Positions 10,004 to 19,074 of a DNA stretch of 64,000 nucleotides are shown here, in pieces; the stretch's first letter is position 1, and every line of letters starts with the position of its first letter. The stretch is from a virus. Position numbers and translations under genes: made by a program. The stretch lies in the IMG/VR virus record IMGVR_UViG_3300026274_000001. The stretch is one strand, 5' to 3'. The notes below the pieces were generated by a model, which worked only from the letters and a program-made list of their open reading frames with translations, did not search any database and had not been told where the DNA came from.

Positions 10004-10429
10004 ATGTTCGATAACAAACTGTTCAGCGTCAATGGGCGCGGTGTTGGTACCTTGGCAAAAGCCCTCGAACTTTCATTGTATCAGGAATTCGGTGATGACA
10101 AAAGCTACGGTGGTGGAAATCACACATTTACGGGCTTTAAGTTTAGCCCAACGGCAGGTCTTATACTTACGACTACGTTTCACCCAGATCCATCCAAGTA
10201 TAGTACCTTCAACACACCATTGAATTGTCAAGATACTGCAGAATTCATTCATCACTGGCTACATGGTGCAGATGCGAAATCAGTACCTTTGGGAAGTTGG
10301 GAAGATGATTGCGATCACGATGGTCATAACACAATCGGCTGGCGAGTTTATGTGGGCGATTGGGGACAAATTGATGACTGGCATGGATTCATTGCGGTCA
10401 AACGCGTCTACCTCTGGCATGGAAAATGA
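10004..10429 (+). CDS. conserved phage hypothetical protein
   Basis: DHDG-x-x-x-x-GW...W-x-GK motif. Confidence 0.75.
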   Translation: MFDNKLFSVNGRGVGTLAKALELSLYQEFGDDKSYGGGNHTFTGFKFSPTAGLILTTTFHPDPSKYSTFNTPLNCQDTAEFIHHWLHGADAKSVPLGSWEDDCDHDGHNTIGWRVYVGDWGQIDDWHGFIAVKRVYLWHGK

Positions 10430-10797
10430 ATATACCCTTTTACCTTATTGCAATTATTACATTCGCGGTGTTTTTCACATTAATGATGACACCAGTGATG
10501 TTCACCTCATGGGTCTGCAAGTACCACGAACGATTTAAGCTTGCAAAATTATGCTTTGATTGGTACTTTACCTATGAGCATCTGATTACCACCAAGACCG
10601 CAAGGATCATTGGTGCCGTTGGTATTGCTTTTGGTATATTGACTATGTTTGGAGCTAAAATTCAACAGTATTGTGGTGATACCACAGCAGTAATATTTGC
10701 TAGCTTGGGACTAGCTCTCATGACTATCTTTGCTGCAACCACTGCACTTGTCATGGCTCAAGCTGAATTAATAACCAAGCGTCGCCAAGGCTCTTGA
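10426..10797 (+). CDS. three-TM membrane protein
   Basis: ATGA overlap; three hydrophobic stretches. Confidence 0.7.
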   Translation: MNIPFYLIAIITFAVFFTLMMTPVMFTSWVCKYHERFKLAKLCFDWYFTYEHLITTKTARIIGAVGIAFGILTMFGAKIQQYCGDTTAVIFASLGLALMTIFAATTALVMAQAELITKRRQGS

Positions 10798-10998
10798 TAT
10801 TCAAATATAACTGCTAGTACTAAGTTAGGCTACCATCCTGCCAGAACGTCTAGTAGCCAGCGGTAACAATAAAAGGAGAGCGTAATAGTTCTCCTTTCTA
10901 CCAACCACCGTATGATAAATTCCTGGTAAGGTACTAACTCTATTCGTCTTCTTATAGATACAGTACAACTAACCACCTCATATCATCACGGAACAATT

Positions 10999-11475
10999 AT
11001 GTTCAAGAAGATCCTCCGCAAACTTACTAATCAACACGACGATAGAGTCGTAGATTACCTGACTTTACTGGTTAACAATAAACTAGCAGGACACAACCAC
11101 TTCTGCTTCGCCAATAACTGTAAAGTCTGCAAGAAATCAAATAAACTCGAATGGCCACTAAACCAACAAGCAACCCTGGAACTGGCAGCACAAACATTCG
11201 GCGGCATGGACCTGTACGAAACTGAACTCAACTTCAATAAGGACGAACCCAATACCATCACCACATTCAGATTGGTCGCCTTCGCAAATCTACTAGCCGT
11301 ACACCTACATGACACCATCCCGTCAGAAGAAATAGTACGTAAATCATATTCCAATCCACCAAATAACAACATAACGGATTTCCCCGAATACCAAGAAATG
11401 CTACAAAAAATCAAGAACTTAGAGGACGAAAACAAAGGCCTCCAGGTACTAATGGCATTGAATAAATCTAAATAG
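10999..11475 (+). CDS. hypothetical protein with A/C-rich coding strand
   Basis: 158-aa ORF; Cys/His cluster HNHFCFANNCKVC. Confidence 0.65.
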   Translation: MFKKILRKLTNQHDDRVVDYLTLLVNNKLAGHNHFCFANNCKVCKKSNKLEWPLNQQATLELAAQTFGGMDLYETELNFNKDEPNTITTFRLVAFANLLAVHLHDTIPSEEIVRKSYSNPPNNNITDFPEYQEMLQKIKNLEDENKGLQVLMALNKSK

Positions 11476-11621
11476 AAACCACACTTGGCAACAAGAAGAC
11501 GTTATAGTCGAGCCTATCAAGGATGTTCCATTGGTGGCTATTCCCCTAAGAACCAATTCCTCACGAAGTATTCAATGAGGTTATTAACTCTGGAAATAGC
11601 ACCGTGGACTCTGGCTGAGAG

Positions 11622-11645
11622 TGACGAAACCCAGAGAGAACTCTC
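11622..11645 (+). repeat. 24-nt intergenic motif, copy 1
   Basis: TGACGAAACCCAGAGAGAACTCTC, 22/24 identical to 48565-48588. Confidence 0.8.
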
Positions 11646-11674
11646 GATACTCAATTAACAGGAAAAGAAACAGG

Positions 11675-11968
11675 ATGAACAATATGATGAACCCAAAACG
11701 CTTTGACCCCGAAGTAACTGACGACGCTTTTGCCGCAATGGTCGAAGTCGATGCGGGCGAGTTTGTAAAGTACGAGACGTATGTTGAATTGGTTGCTCAT
11801 GCTATCGATGGTGCCGCTAATAAGGAATTCCTGGAAAAGCAAGTACCCGAGCTTAAGAAAGCCCTGGTGCAGATTCTGATGTTGGCCGCTACCGGAGAAC
11901 TTGCTGGTGATGGCAAGACTGCGTTTGCTGATATCGCTCACTTGGCCAGTAAGGCATTGTCAAAGTGA
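11675..11968 (+). CDS. hypothetical protein
   Basis: AGGA RBS; G-E-F-V-K-Y-E motif. Confidence 0.7.
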   Translation: MNNMMNPKRFDPEVTDDAFAAMVEVDAGEFVKYETYVELVAHAIDGAANKEFLEKQVPELKKALVQILMLAATGELAGDGKTAFADIAHLASKALSK

Positions 11969-12186
11969 GCGCGCCCGACGACTTCAAGAAGAACTGCGAT
12001 GATTTGCTTGATCGTCTGAAGTCGGGCAAACCACTTGAGATGAGTGAAGAAACTCGAGCATTGGCTAAAGAGGTAGTGGCATATCAAGCCACTCAGCAGA
12101 ACCTGTCGCTTGACGAGATCAAGGCCTGGGCTACGGGGTTGATTGATAGTATGTATGGTAAAGACGTTGACTCTAACGGTGAATGA
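11965..12186 (+). CDS. hypothetical protein
   Basis: GTGA overlap start. Confidence 0.65.
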   Translation: MSAPDDFKKNCDDLLDRLKSGKPLEMSEETRALAKEVVAYQATQQNLSLDEIKAWATGLIDSMYGKDVDSNGE

Positions 12187-12218
12187 ACTTACATTTGCAC
12201 ATTCTATCCGGAGACTGT

Positions 12219-12506
12219 ATGAATAAGCATCATGACTTGTTGATTGCCTTTTCTCAAGCACCAGAAGACCAGATTGATTCTAGAATTACCGAAATGCTGG
12301 CTGATATGGCAAAGCAGGATGTGGTGACTTCTGATGAAATGTTATCGATATTGGATCAATGTGCATTTGCTTCATTAGCCAGTGCATTTGCTATGGTGGC
12401 CATGAATCGTTTCTTCATGATGTTATGTGAGGACGAAGGTATCACTACTGAGCAAGCTTACCTTGCAGCTGAACCACGCCGTACTTCTTGGGATGCGGTA
12501 AAGTAA
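12219..12506 (+). CDS. hypothetical protein
   Basis: GGAG RBS before ATG 12219. Confidence 0.65.
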   Translation: MNKHHDLLIAFSQAPEDQIDSRITEMLADMAKQDVVTSDEMLSILDQCAFASLASAFAMVAMNRFFMMLCEDEGITTEQAYLAAEPRRTSWDAVK

Positions 12507-12582
12507 GACTTAGACTAAACGTTTTAAACTGGCAAAAAATGCTTGTGTGATAAAATGGCAACACGTAGAATAGGCAGAAACG

Positions 12583-12867
12583 ATGTTTCTGCCTTTTTAC
12601 CATAAGAACAAAATGAACGGTGTAAAAATAGAATGGTATCGCTTTGTCGATACTTACGATATGTTTCATAAGAACGGATTTCGATCGGGTCACAATTTTA
12701 TTATTTCGGTGGAAAAGGAAATAACAAAAGATTTGATTGTTCGTATGACCGACATTGCTCCAGACTTAAAGATTGTTGCCAAGCAGCCAGATTTCGATAA
12801 CAACCGACTATTCGTTTCTGTGGAAAGTGATGCTGAAGCGGTGGCATTGAAGATAGGGCTCGTATGA
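12583..12867 (+). CDS. FKLxW-family small protein (divergent)
   Basis: VSVESDAEAVALKI; start may be ATG 12613. Confidence 0.6.
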   Translation: MFLPFYHKNKMNGVKIEWYRFVDTYDMFHKNGFRSGHNFIISVEKEITKDLIVRMTDIAPDLKIVAKQPDFDNNRLFVSVESDAEAVALKIGLV

Positions 12868-12884
12868 GTTACATCATACCCAGT

Positions 12885-12928
12885 TGGAGTAAAATGATCT
12901 CAGGTGGAGTAAAATGATCTCAGGTGGA
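12885..12928 (+). repeat. 20-bp tandem duplication
   Basis: TGGAGTAAAATGATCTCAGG twice plus TGGA. Confidence 0.9.
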
Positions 12929-13270
12929 TTTCCTATTGGCATGATACCTATGCTTACCGCTGTTCAGGGTCGTCAGACGGGTAAAACATCAATGATGCGT
13001 GACTTCTGGGCTTACACTTTGAAAGAAAAATGGAATACTTTACGAAGGCAGAAAAACGGCACCTGGAAGATCACCATTTCTAATGACATCGAAGAAAAGA
13101 TCGAATGGTGTCGTAATGCTTTGGGTGATGGTGGTAACGGTAAGAAAAGCCTATGGCGTATCAACTGGATTGAATATAGGGCTCTCCAAGGCTATGAGGG
13201 AGAGTCGATTACACTTTGGCTTAAAGATGACGCGGCGGTGCTCTTTAAGCTTCGTTGGTGTGTAGGATGA
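12914..13270 (+). CDS. FKLxW-family protein with N-terminal Walker-A-like segment
   Basis: GGFPIG...GRQTGKTS then IEWC...DDAAVLFKLRW. Confidence 0.75.
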   Translation: MISGGFPIGMIPMLTAVQGRQTGKTSMMRDFWAYTLKEKWNTLRRQKNGTWKITISNDIEEKIEWCRNALGDGGNGKKSLWRINWIEYRALQGYEGESITLWLKDDAAVLFKLRWCVG

Positions 13271-13530
13271 GGTTGTATCAATACAAAGCAGCAGGTAGTA
13301 ACTGGTATGTCATAGCAACGTTCAATGTTATTAAACACGGTGACTATAGCGTTCAGGATATGATCGAGGCTTGGTGCACTGACACGTACGACGCAACCAC
13401 AAAAACCAAATGCTATGTTGGGATGGATGCTCCAGTTGAGAGCACTTGGGGTTTTGGTAGTGGTGACTATTATTTCAAAAACGAATCTGATGCATTTATG
13501 TTCGTACTTAGGTGGTCTGGTGAAAAGTAG
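13267..13530 (+). CDS. FKLxW-family small protein
   Basis: EAWC...NESDAFMFVLRW. Confidence 0.75.
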   Translation: MRLYQYKAAGSNWYVIATFNVIKHGDYSVQDMIEAWCTDTYDATTKTKCYVGMDAPVESTWGFGSGDYYFKNESDAFMFVLRWSGEK

Positions 13531-13828
13531 CTATAAAGTTGATGTGACCAACTATTTTTCTGTTGGGTGTAAGAACAAGAGTAATCGTATGGTTATTCGT
13601 CAAACGATAGTAGACTGGTTGGAAGCCCACGTTGGTTCAGTGGTTAAACGATTTGCAGACGGTACGCCCAACGCAGGTGATGGTTGGCAGTTTATCAGTA
13701 AGACTGAAATAGCTTCAATTGAATATGCAGATAACATTGGTCAAACCTACAAGGAAAAGCTCTATCTTGTATTTGATGATGACACCCAAGCAATGCATTT
13801 TAAACTGTCATGGAGTGAACGATTATGA
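13520..13828 (+). CDS. FKLxW-family small protein
   Basis: DWLEAHVG...GDGW...DTQAMHFKLSW; GTG start inferred. Confidence 0.75.
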   Translation: MKSSYKVDVTNYFSVGCKNKSNRMVIRQTIVDWLEAHVGSVVKRFADGTPNAGDGWQFISKTEIASIEYADNIGQTYKEKLYLVFDDDTQAMHFKLSWSERL

Positions 13829-14142
13829 ATGAAGAACAGGTGAAGTATAAATTTTGGGTCCCTATTTTCGCTGAAGATTCTACGCGTCTTGCCCTGCAAC
13901 GATGGTTGACTACTCATGTGGGTCCACTAGTCAGCAGCAACATGAAAACCCAGACCTATGAAGGTAATGGTTGGAGTATGACCGCAGTTGATGGTGATCA
14001 ACAATACGTAACTATGGATTGGATGTTTGAACATGACGAACCAGATCCTAGAGTGTTCGTTTCCGCATATGACGTCACTATCACACACTCTTCACACGCA
14101 CTACAGTTCAAACTAACGTGGGCGGATGCACGCGAAAGCTGA
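13825..14142 (+). CDS. FKLxW-family small protein
   Basis: RWLTTHVGP...GNGW...HALQFKLTW. Confidence 0.8.
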   Translation: MNEEQVKYKFWVPIFAEDSTRLALQRWLTTHVGPLVSSNMKTQTYEGNGWSMTAVDGDQQYVTMDWMFEHDEPDPRVFVSAYDVTITHSSHALQFKLTWADARES

Positions 14143-14189
14143 TAAACAAAGGCGAGGCGTAGAATTGCGGTGTTATCATATAGTATCAA

Positions 14190-14492
14190 ATGAAGAGGCC
14201 TATGATGATAGACATCACTGAAAATATTCTAGAAGCCCCCGCCCCCAATCAGGATCGACTGCAAGAGATACTTGATTGGTTAGAACAGTGCATTGGGCCG
14301 AAGTTATCAGATTCGATCGTAGTAGAGACGGGTACACAGCAACACAAGGGGATAGGATGGGAGTTGGGGTGTATGCGACCTCCCGGGAAATCCAAGCGGA
14401 ATACGCTGACGTTCTATGTCAAATTTGACGACGAACGAGATGAATTAATGTTCAAATTGATATGGTCGAACTCGACATCACAGATTACCTAG
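14190..14492 (+). CDS. FKLxW-family small protein
   Basis: DWLEQCIGP...GIGW...DELMFKLIW. Confidence 0.8.
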   Translation: MKRPMMIDITENILEAPAPNQDRLQEILDWLEQCIGPKLSDSIVVETGTQQHKGIGWELGCMRPPGKSKRNTLTFYVKFDDERDELMFKLIWSNSTSQIT

Positions 14493-14776
14493 ATGAAAAT
14501 GAAGGTAATATTAAAATAATAAAAGAGTGGTTGCAGGTAAATGTGGGTGGATTGGACTTAGATTGGTATCTCAAATTCGGCCAATCAGCACATGAGTCAG
14601 AAGGACGAGGTAAGGGTTGGCAAATATCATTTGCGATTGGTAAAACTTTTCGTGCTCATCGATATCCCCTTACATTACTCAGCTGGATATTAAAAATAGA
14701 AGATGATCTGGTTGCGGTACAATTCAAAATGATCTGGCCTGAATCACCAGTAATCACATCAACCGTCTCATCATAA
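14462..14776 (+). CDS. FKLxW-family small protein
   Basis: EWLQVNVGG...GKGW...VAVQFKMIW. Confidence 0.8.
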   Translation: MVELDITDYLDENEGNIKIIKEWLQVNVGGLDLDWYLKFGQSAHESEGRGKGWQISFAIGKTFRAHRYPLTLLSWILKIEDDLVAVQFKMIWPESPVITSTVSS

Positions 14777-14778
14777 TC

Positions 14779-15045
14779 ATGAAGTTTGATATTAAAGAAA
14801 CATGGAACACTTTCTTTTCTGGTAGGGCCGGAAAAGAAAAATGTCTAGACCTATTGGAATGGTTAGATGAATATGTTGGTTGGAGGATGTCAGATTCTAT
14901 TCACGTTTTGCCAATTATGGGTAGAGGATGGAGGATTGAATCTGGTATTGTTCAAAACCCAGATTCACAATATCCGTCATTCGGTGTATGGCTGGAGATC
15001 GACGATGATACTTGTGCTGTACAATACAAATTGGCATTTGAATAA
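14779..15045 (+). CDS. FKLxW-family small protein
   Basis: EWLDEYVG...GRGW...CAVQYKLAF. Confidence 0.8.
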   Translation: MKFDIKETWNTFFSGRAGKEKCLDLLEWLDEYVGWRMSDSIHVLPIMGRGWRIESGIVQNPDSQYPSFGVWLEIDDDTCAVQYKLAFE

Positions 15046-15359
15046 TGCAACGAATTAGAATTAATAATTTCCAGATGTTGCCAGAAATTATAGAATGGCT
15101 TGACGAGCATGTTGGTGACACTGTAGATATCACAAAGCGTTACGATGTGATACATGAAGCTATTGGTGAAGGTTGGTCGATAGTTAGAACGTTGATTAGT
15201 TATCCGGCATCAGACGCGGTATTGCGTGAAATTGGATTCAAAAATGTCAATGAAGTTAGCTCTGAATATCGTAATAATTTGTATCCAAAGGCTATTCATT
15301 ATTATATCAATTTCGATGACGATACACAAGCAGTTCAATTTAAACTAAGCTATGATTAA
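15045..15359 (+). CDS. FKLxW-family small protein
   Basis: EWLDEHVG...GEGW...QAVQFKLSY. Confidence 0.8.
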   Translation: MQRIRINNFQMLPEIIEWLDEHVGDTVDITKRYDVIHEAIGEGWSIVRTLISYPASDAVLREIGFKNVNEVSSEYRNNLYPKAIHYYINFDDDTQAVQFKLSYD

Positions 15360-15654
15360 CGTTGATAAGTACCTTTTTACCGGCAAGTACAAGGATTTGG
15401 TGCTGGAAGAATATTATCGTATGATCGATTGGTTGGCTGAAAATATTTCTGAGCCTGCACAGGGTTACGAATACGCTTACAACAAAACTGCTCTTGGTCG
15501 TCATGGTCCTGGTTGGGAATTGAGATTGCATTGGATCGGTGAAAAAAGCCCAAAACCCACCGACGGCTTTGGAGTGTCGCGTCGTTCTGTTGAATGGTGT
15601 ATATTTATTGACGATGACCAATATGCGGTAATGTTCAAATTGATGTGGCCATGA
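15352..15654 (+). CDS. FKLxW-family small protein
   Basis: DWLAENI...GPGW...YAVMFKLMW. Confidence 0.8.
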   Translation: MINVDKYLFTGKYKDLVLEEYYRMIDWLAENISEPAQGYEYAYNKTALGRHGPGWELRLHWIGEKSPKPTDGFGVSRRSVEWCIFIDDDQYAVMFKLMWP

Positions 15655-15896
15655 CGTTTGACATATCTGAATATATAGATAATCAGTATACCATGGAGTC
15701 GTTGTTTAAGCTCCGTGATATTTTGATCAATGAAGTTGGAATACAACATGAATATAAATCCCAGTATCAGTTATCTGGTGATGGCTGGTGGATTAGTGCT
15801 CAGAGCCGTAATCGGTTGGTTACTGACCCAATTAAATGGGAACTATATATACAGGATGATAACCTTGCATTGATGTTCAAATTAAAATGGCTATAG
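15651..15896 (+). CDS. FKLxW-family small protein
   Basis: NEVG...GDGW...LALMFKLKW. Confidence 0.8.
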   Translation: MTFDISEYIDNQYTMESLFKLRDILINEVGIQHEYKSQYQLSGDGWWISAQSRNRLVTDPIKWELYIQDDNLALMFKLKWL

Positions 15897-16123
15897 AAAT
15901 AACAAAAATTATAAACAAGCATATGGTGGGTCGTCCAGTCGATTCCATGCCATTGTGCATTAGTTGGCTTTACGACGTAATCGGTAAGCAACGAAAACCA
16001 GAAGCCAAACTCGAGGGAGTTTGGTGTGGCCGCGGTTGGGTTGTATACGAGCGTGATACTCGATACATTCTAGAATGTATCGAACCACACAGTGAACAGC
16101 GATTTTCTCTTATTTGGTTATGA
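15887..16123 (+). CDS. FKLxW-family small protein
   Basis: SWLYDVIG...GRGW...EQRFSLIW. Confidence 0.75.
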   Translation: MAIEITKIINKHMVGRPVDSMPLCISWLYDVIGKQRKPEAKLEGVWCGRGWVVYERDTRYILECIEPHSEQRFSLIWL

Positions 16124-16428
16124 CTCCCGTCGATGTAAAACGATGGACGCTGCGCGATTTTCCGATGATGCACAAGTATACGGAAGCAGTCATACTACAA
16201 GAAATAATAGACTGGCTATATGAATATATGGGTCCCGGCAAAAAGGGTCCATATCCTACCGACAACGGTCCTGACTATACAGTTGCTCACTATGGACCAG
16301 GCTGGTTCATGGAAGTTCGAGCATATCAGGGATATTGGTCGGATGGTACGTATCACCCTTGCTGTGCTCATTTTATACACTTCGACAGTGACGCACATGA
16401 AGTTATGTTCAGGTTGATATGGCGCTAG
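16120..16428 (+). CDS. FKLxW-family small protein
   Basis: DWLYEYMGP...GPGW...HEVMFRLIW. Confidence 0.8.
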   Translation: MTPVDVKRWTLRDFPMMHKYTEAVILQEIIDWLYEYMGPGKKGPYPTDNGPDYTVAHYGPGWFMEVRAYQGYWSDGTYHPCCAHFIHFDSDAHEVMFRLIWR

Positions 16429-16643
16429 ATATAACAAAGATGGGATTAGCTGGTATAGGTCTTGATGTAATAAAATGGCTATGCCAGAATGTAGGTGGCT
16501 TCCATAATCTCAAAAACACTTGGTTGTATGATCATGAAATGATGAAAGGCGATGGATGGAAAATTTACACCTATCACAAAACCACGTTCATCTCAATTGA
16601 TGATCCGCTACTTGAAATGCAATTTAAACTCGTATGGCTTTAG
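16419..16643 (+). CDS. FKLxW-family small protein
   Basis: KWLCQNVGG...GDGW...LEMQFKLVW. Confidence 0.8.
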   Translation: MALDITKMGLAGIGLDVIKWLCQNVGGFHNLKNTWLYDHEMMKGDGWKIYTYHKTTFISIDDPLLEMQFKLVWL

Positions 16644-16927
16644 AAATAGAAAAACTAACAAAGTGTGTTAGATCTCAAATGGGTGTCCCAACCGTAACTG
16701 GGATAATCATGAAGTTGCCAGACGATATACTATCTTGGTTAACGGGTCATATTGGACCAATTGAACGTGAACGTTCTGAACCATACAATAACGTGTGGAA
16801 GAATGTCGTTTATAAAGGTAATGGCTGGCGTACCTCAGCTCACGCCGAATTGTATTCAAGGTGCGGTTATTGGCTTTATATAGATGACGATGCATTGGCA
16901 CTACAGTTCAAATTAACATGGCTTTAG
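16634..16927 (+). CDS. FKLxW-family small protein
   Basis: SWLTGHIGP...GNGW...LALQFKLTW. Confidence 0.8.
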   Translation: MALEIEKLTKCVRSQMGVPTVTGIIMKLPDDILSWLTGHIGPIERERSEPYNNVWKNVVYKGNGWRTSAHAELYSRCGYWLYIDDDALALQFKLTWL

Positions 16928-17202
16928 ACATCAGTACCCTTTCAGAAGTTCGAGTCATTGACAAAGCGCGAGGTTTGCATGTACTCGAAATCAATAATAG
17001 GGTCATCAAATGGTTACATGATAATGTTGGTGATATGACTAGTGTAAAGGAAACTTACTATCTGACCCTTTGCCATACTATTCACTATCGTGGTGATGGT
17101 TGGCAAATTGAACCACCTGACAGCACACGATTGGAGAAAGGCTATCGAGTTACCATAATCAATGATACGCTTGCTCTACAATTTAAATTAACATGGCTAT
17201 AG
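16918..17202 (+). CDS. FKLxW-family small protein
   Basis: KWLHDNVG...GDGW...LALQFKLTW. Confidence 0.8.
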   Translation: MALDISTLSEVRVIDKARGLHVLEINNRVIKWLHDNVGDMTSVKETYYLTLCHTIHYRGDGWQIEPPDSTRLEKGYRVTIINDTLALQFKLTWL

Positions 17203-17546
17203 ACATAACGTACAAAATCCTTGGTGAAGTGTTTCGAGGATCGAAATTGAGTGATGACGACACTAGCATAATTAAATGGCTAGTCAAGAACGTTGGACCT
17301 ACTACAGAGCAGCCAGATATGGAAGTAGTTCCTACTGGTACTGAACATCGTATCTATAATTGTGGCGTGGGTTGGGTGATTGACTATCAGAATATTAGGA
17401 TTGATAATCCTTCCAAACGAGAAGAACATAATGTTGGACTATGTGCACCCTTGGGGCCGTGGCAACCAACTATTACTATTTCACAATACCGCTTGCATAT
17501 AGCGGATGAAACATTAGCAGTACAATTTAAACTTCGGTGGATGTAA
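17193..17546 (+). CDS. FKLxW-family small protein
   Basis: KWLVKNVGP...GVGW...LAVQFKLRW. Confidence 0.8.
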   Translation: MAIDITYKILGEVFRGSKLSDDDTSIIKWLVKNVGPTTEQPDMEVVPTGTEHRIYNCGVGWVIDYQNIRIDNPSKREEHNVGLCAPLGPWQPTITISQYRLHIADETLAVQFKLRWM

Positions 17547-17800
17547 TGAGTGACACAAAGACGGTAGTTGAGATCACGAAATATATTGTTCAAACTGATA
17601 ATCAACTAAGTGCAATTCGAGATTGGCTATTAGAAAACGTTGGGCCTTCTGAGACGGCAGGTTCGCCAGTATGTCGTGAGGGTGAAGGATGGCGTATTGA
17701 ATACAAGAGTGAGATGGTTGGGGTCGCCTATACCTATCACATCTTGGTTGAATTTGCAAGAGCAGACGAAGCGGTGATGTTCAAGTTAATGTGGCCATGA
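17546..17800 (+). CDS. FKLxW-family small protein
   Basis: DWLLENVGP...GEGW...EAVMFKLMW. Confidence 0.8.
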   Translation: MSDTKTVVEITKYIVQTDNQLSAIRDWLLENVGPSETAGSPVCREGEGWRIEYKSEMVGVAYTYHILVEFARADEAVMFKLMWP

Positions 17801-18063
17801 AAAAACAAACGCGATTCAACCTTACCAAAAAGATTGCAATACACGATCCGATAGTAGAAGAAATTTATCAATGGTTGAATCAGCAAGTTGGCTTAGAAAC
17901 AGCGAAACCCAGATTGTCAAGTGGTTATGACTATGTGGGTTTAGGATGGAAGATATACATATCTCCACTAGCTCACGGTAGCTTTAAACCCCAATACTAC
18001 CTAGTGTTTGATGATTCCAATCAAGCGCTAATGTTCAAATTACGATGGTCAGCGTTAATCTAA
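17797..18063 (+). CDS. FKLxW-family small protein
   Basis: QWLNQQVG...GLGW...QALMFKLRW. Confidence 0.8.
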   Translation: MKKQTRFNLTKKIAIHDPIVEEIYQWLNQQVGLETAKPRLSSGYDYVGLGWKIYISPLAHGSFKPQYYLVFDDSNQALMFKLRWSALI

Positions 18064-18296
18064 ATATTCTCTCGCGAGATGTCCCCCTACATAAACGAAT
18101 AGAACATCGAAACGAGATGCGTGCTTGGCTGGCCATGAATGTGGGGCCGCGCGGGGTTACACCTTATGGACAGGATCTACACAATTCTGGTGCCGGTTGG
18201 CATATACGATGCGATCATGAAGTAACACCAATCACTTGGTATGCTGATATTGACGACGAGCAATTGGCATTAATGTTCAAACTATGTTTTTCTTGA
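18045..18296 (+). CDS. FKLxW-family small protein
   Basis: AWLAMNVGP...GAGW...LALMFKLCF. Confidence 0.8.
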   Translation: MVSVNLNILSRDVPLHKRIEHRNEMRAWLAMNVGPRGVTPYGQDLHNSGAGWHIRCDHEVTPITWYADIDDEQLALMFKLCFS

Positions 18297-18298
18297 TT

Positions 18299-18532
18299 AT
18301 GATAGATCTCACACGTCACCTTAGCTGTGTCAACTTTTCCGAACGATTGTACAACGTCGTGAGCTGGCTCATTACCAATATTGGACCTATGAAGTTTGAT
18401 AAGCTTGGGCACACGCAAGGTCACGGATGGCTACTAATTAGTAAGACTGACACCGAGTATTCATATTACGAGTACAAGTTATATTTTGATGAACCAAATG
18501 ATGAACTTATGTTTAAGCTAGCCTGCTTATGA
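18299..18532 (+). CDS. FKLxW-family small protein
   Basis: SWLITNIGP...GHGW...DELMFKLAC. Confidence 0.8.
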   Translation: MIDLTRHLSCVNFSERLYNVVSWLITNIGPMKFDKLGHTQGHGWLLISKTDTEYSYYEYKLYFDEPNDELMFKLACL

Positions 18533-18789
18533 CATCATCCGTTTATCGACTTACTGATATCAATCAAATTATCAACCCTAGTCCAATGCTTTCATGGCTT
18601 GATGCCAATGTTGGCCCCCTTACCTTCCAATACAAAACACTGCTGGATAACGATATTGCGGCTGAGGGTATCAATTGGCGCGTAGTGAAATTGTATCAAC
18701 GTATTGGCGATGGTTCATATCAATATTCAATATTCATTGAATTTCAAAACTCCACCGATCTTATTCACTTCAAACTTGTATGGGGATAA
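18529..18789 (+). CDS. FKLxW-family small protein
   Basis: SWLDANVGP...GINW...DLIHFKLVW. Confidence 0.8.
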   Translation: MTSSVYRLTDINQIINPSPMLSWLDANVGPLTFQYKTLLDNDIAAEGINWRVVKLYQRIGDGSYQYSIFIEFQNSTDLIHFKLVWG

Positions 18790-19067
18790 TCGATGTCACC
18801 AATATGTTTTATGATGGACTGTACAGCCCCAAATACGATACGATGCTTGCATGGTTGGAAGAGTGTTGTGGTCCTAGAATATTCGGAAAACGAGAGCCAA
18901 ATGCAAGTGGCATAATTCCAGTGTGCCAAAGTAGCAATTGGCGGCTATTTGCTATATCATACCCCTTACGTAGAGCATACCCCGATATACAATTTCGATC
19001 ATCTGGATGGGTCATTGAGTTTGATAACGATAGTGACCTTCTGATGTTTACGCTTAGATGGAAATGA
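18780..19067 (+). CDS. FKLxW-family small protein
   Basis: AWLEECCGP...DLLMFTLRW. Confidence 0.8.
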   Translation: MGIIDVTNMFYDGLYSPKYDTMLAWLEECCGPRIFGKREPNASGIIPVCQSSNWRLFAISYPLRRAYPDIQFRSSGWVIEFDNDSDLLMFTLRWK

Positions 19068-19074
19068 TAGACGC

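Noticed and set aside
11609..11645. Hammerhead ribozyme (CTGA-GAG...GACGAAAC)
   Set aside because: Core lacks the CUGANGA spacing, stems II and III and the cleavage triplet do not form convincingly, and copy 2 lacks CTGA.
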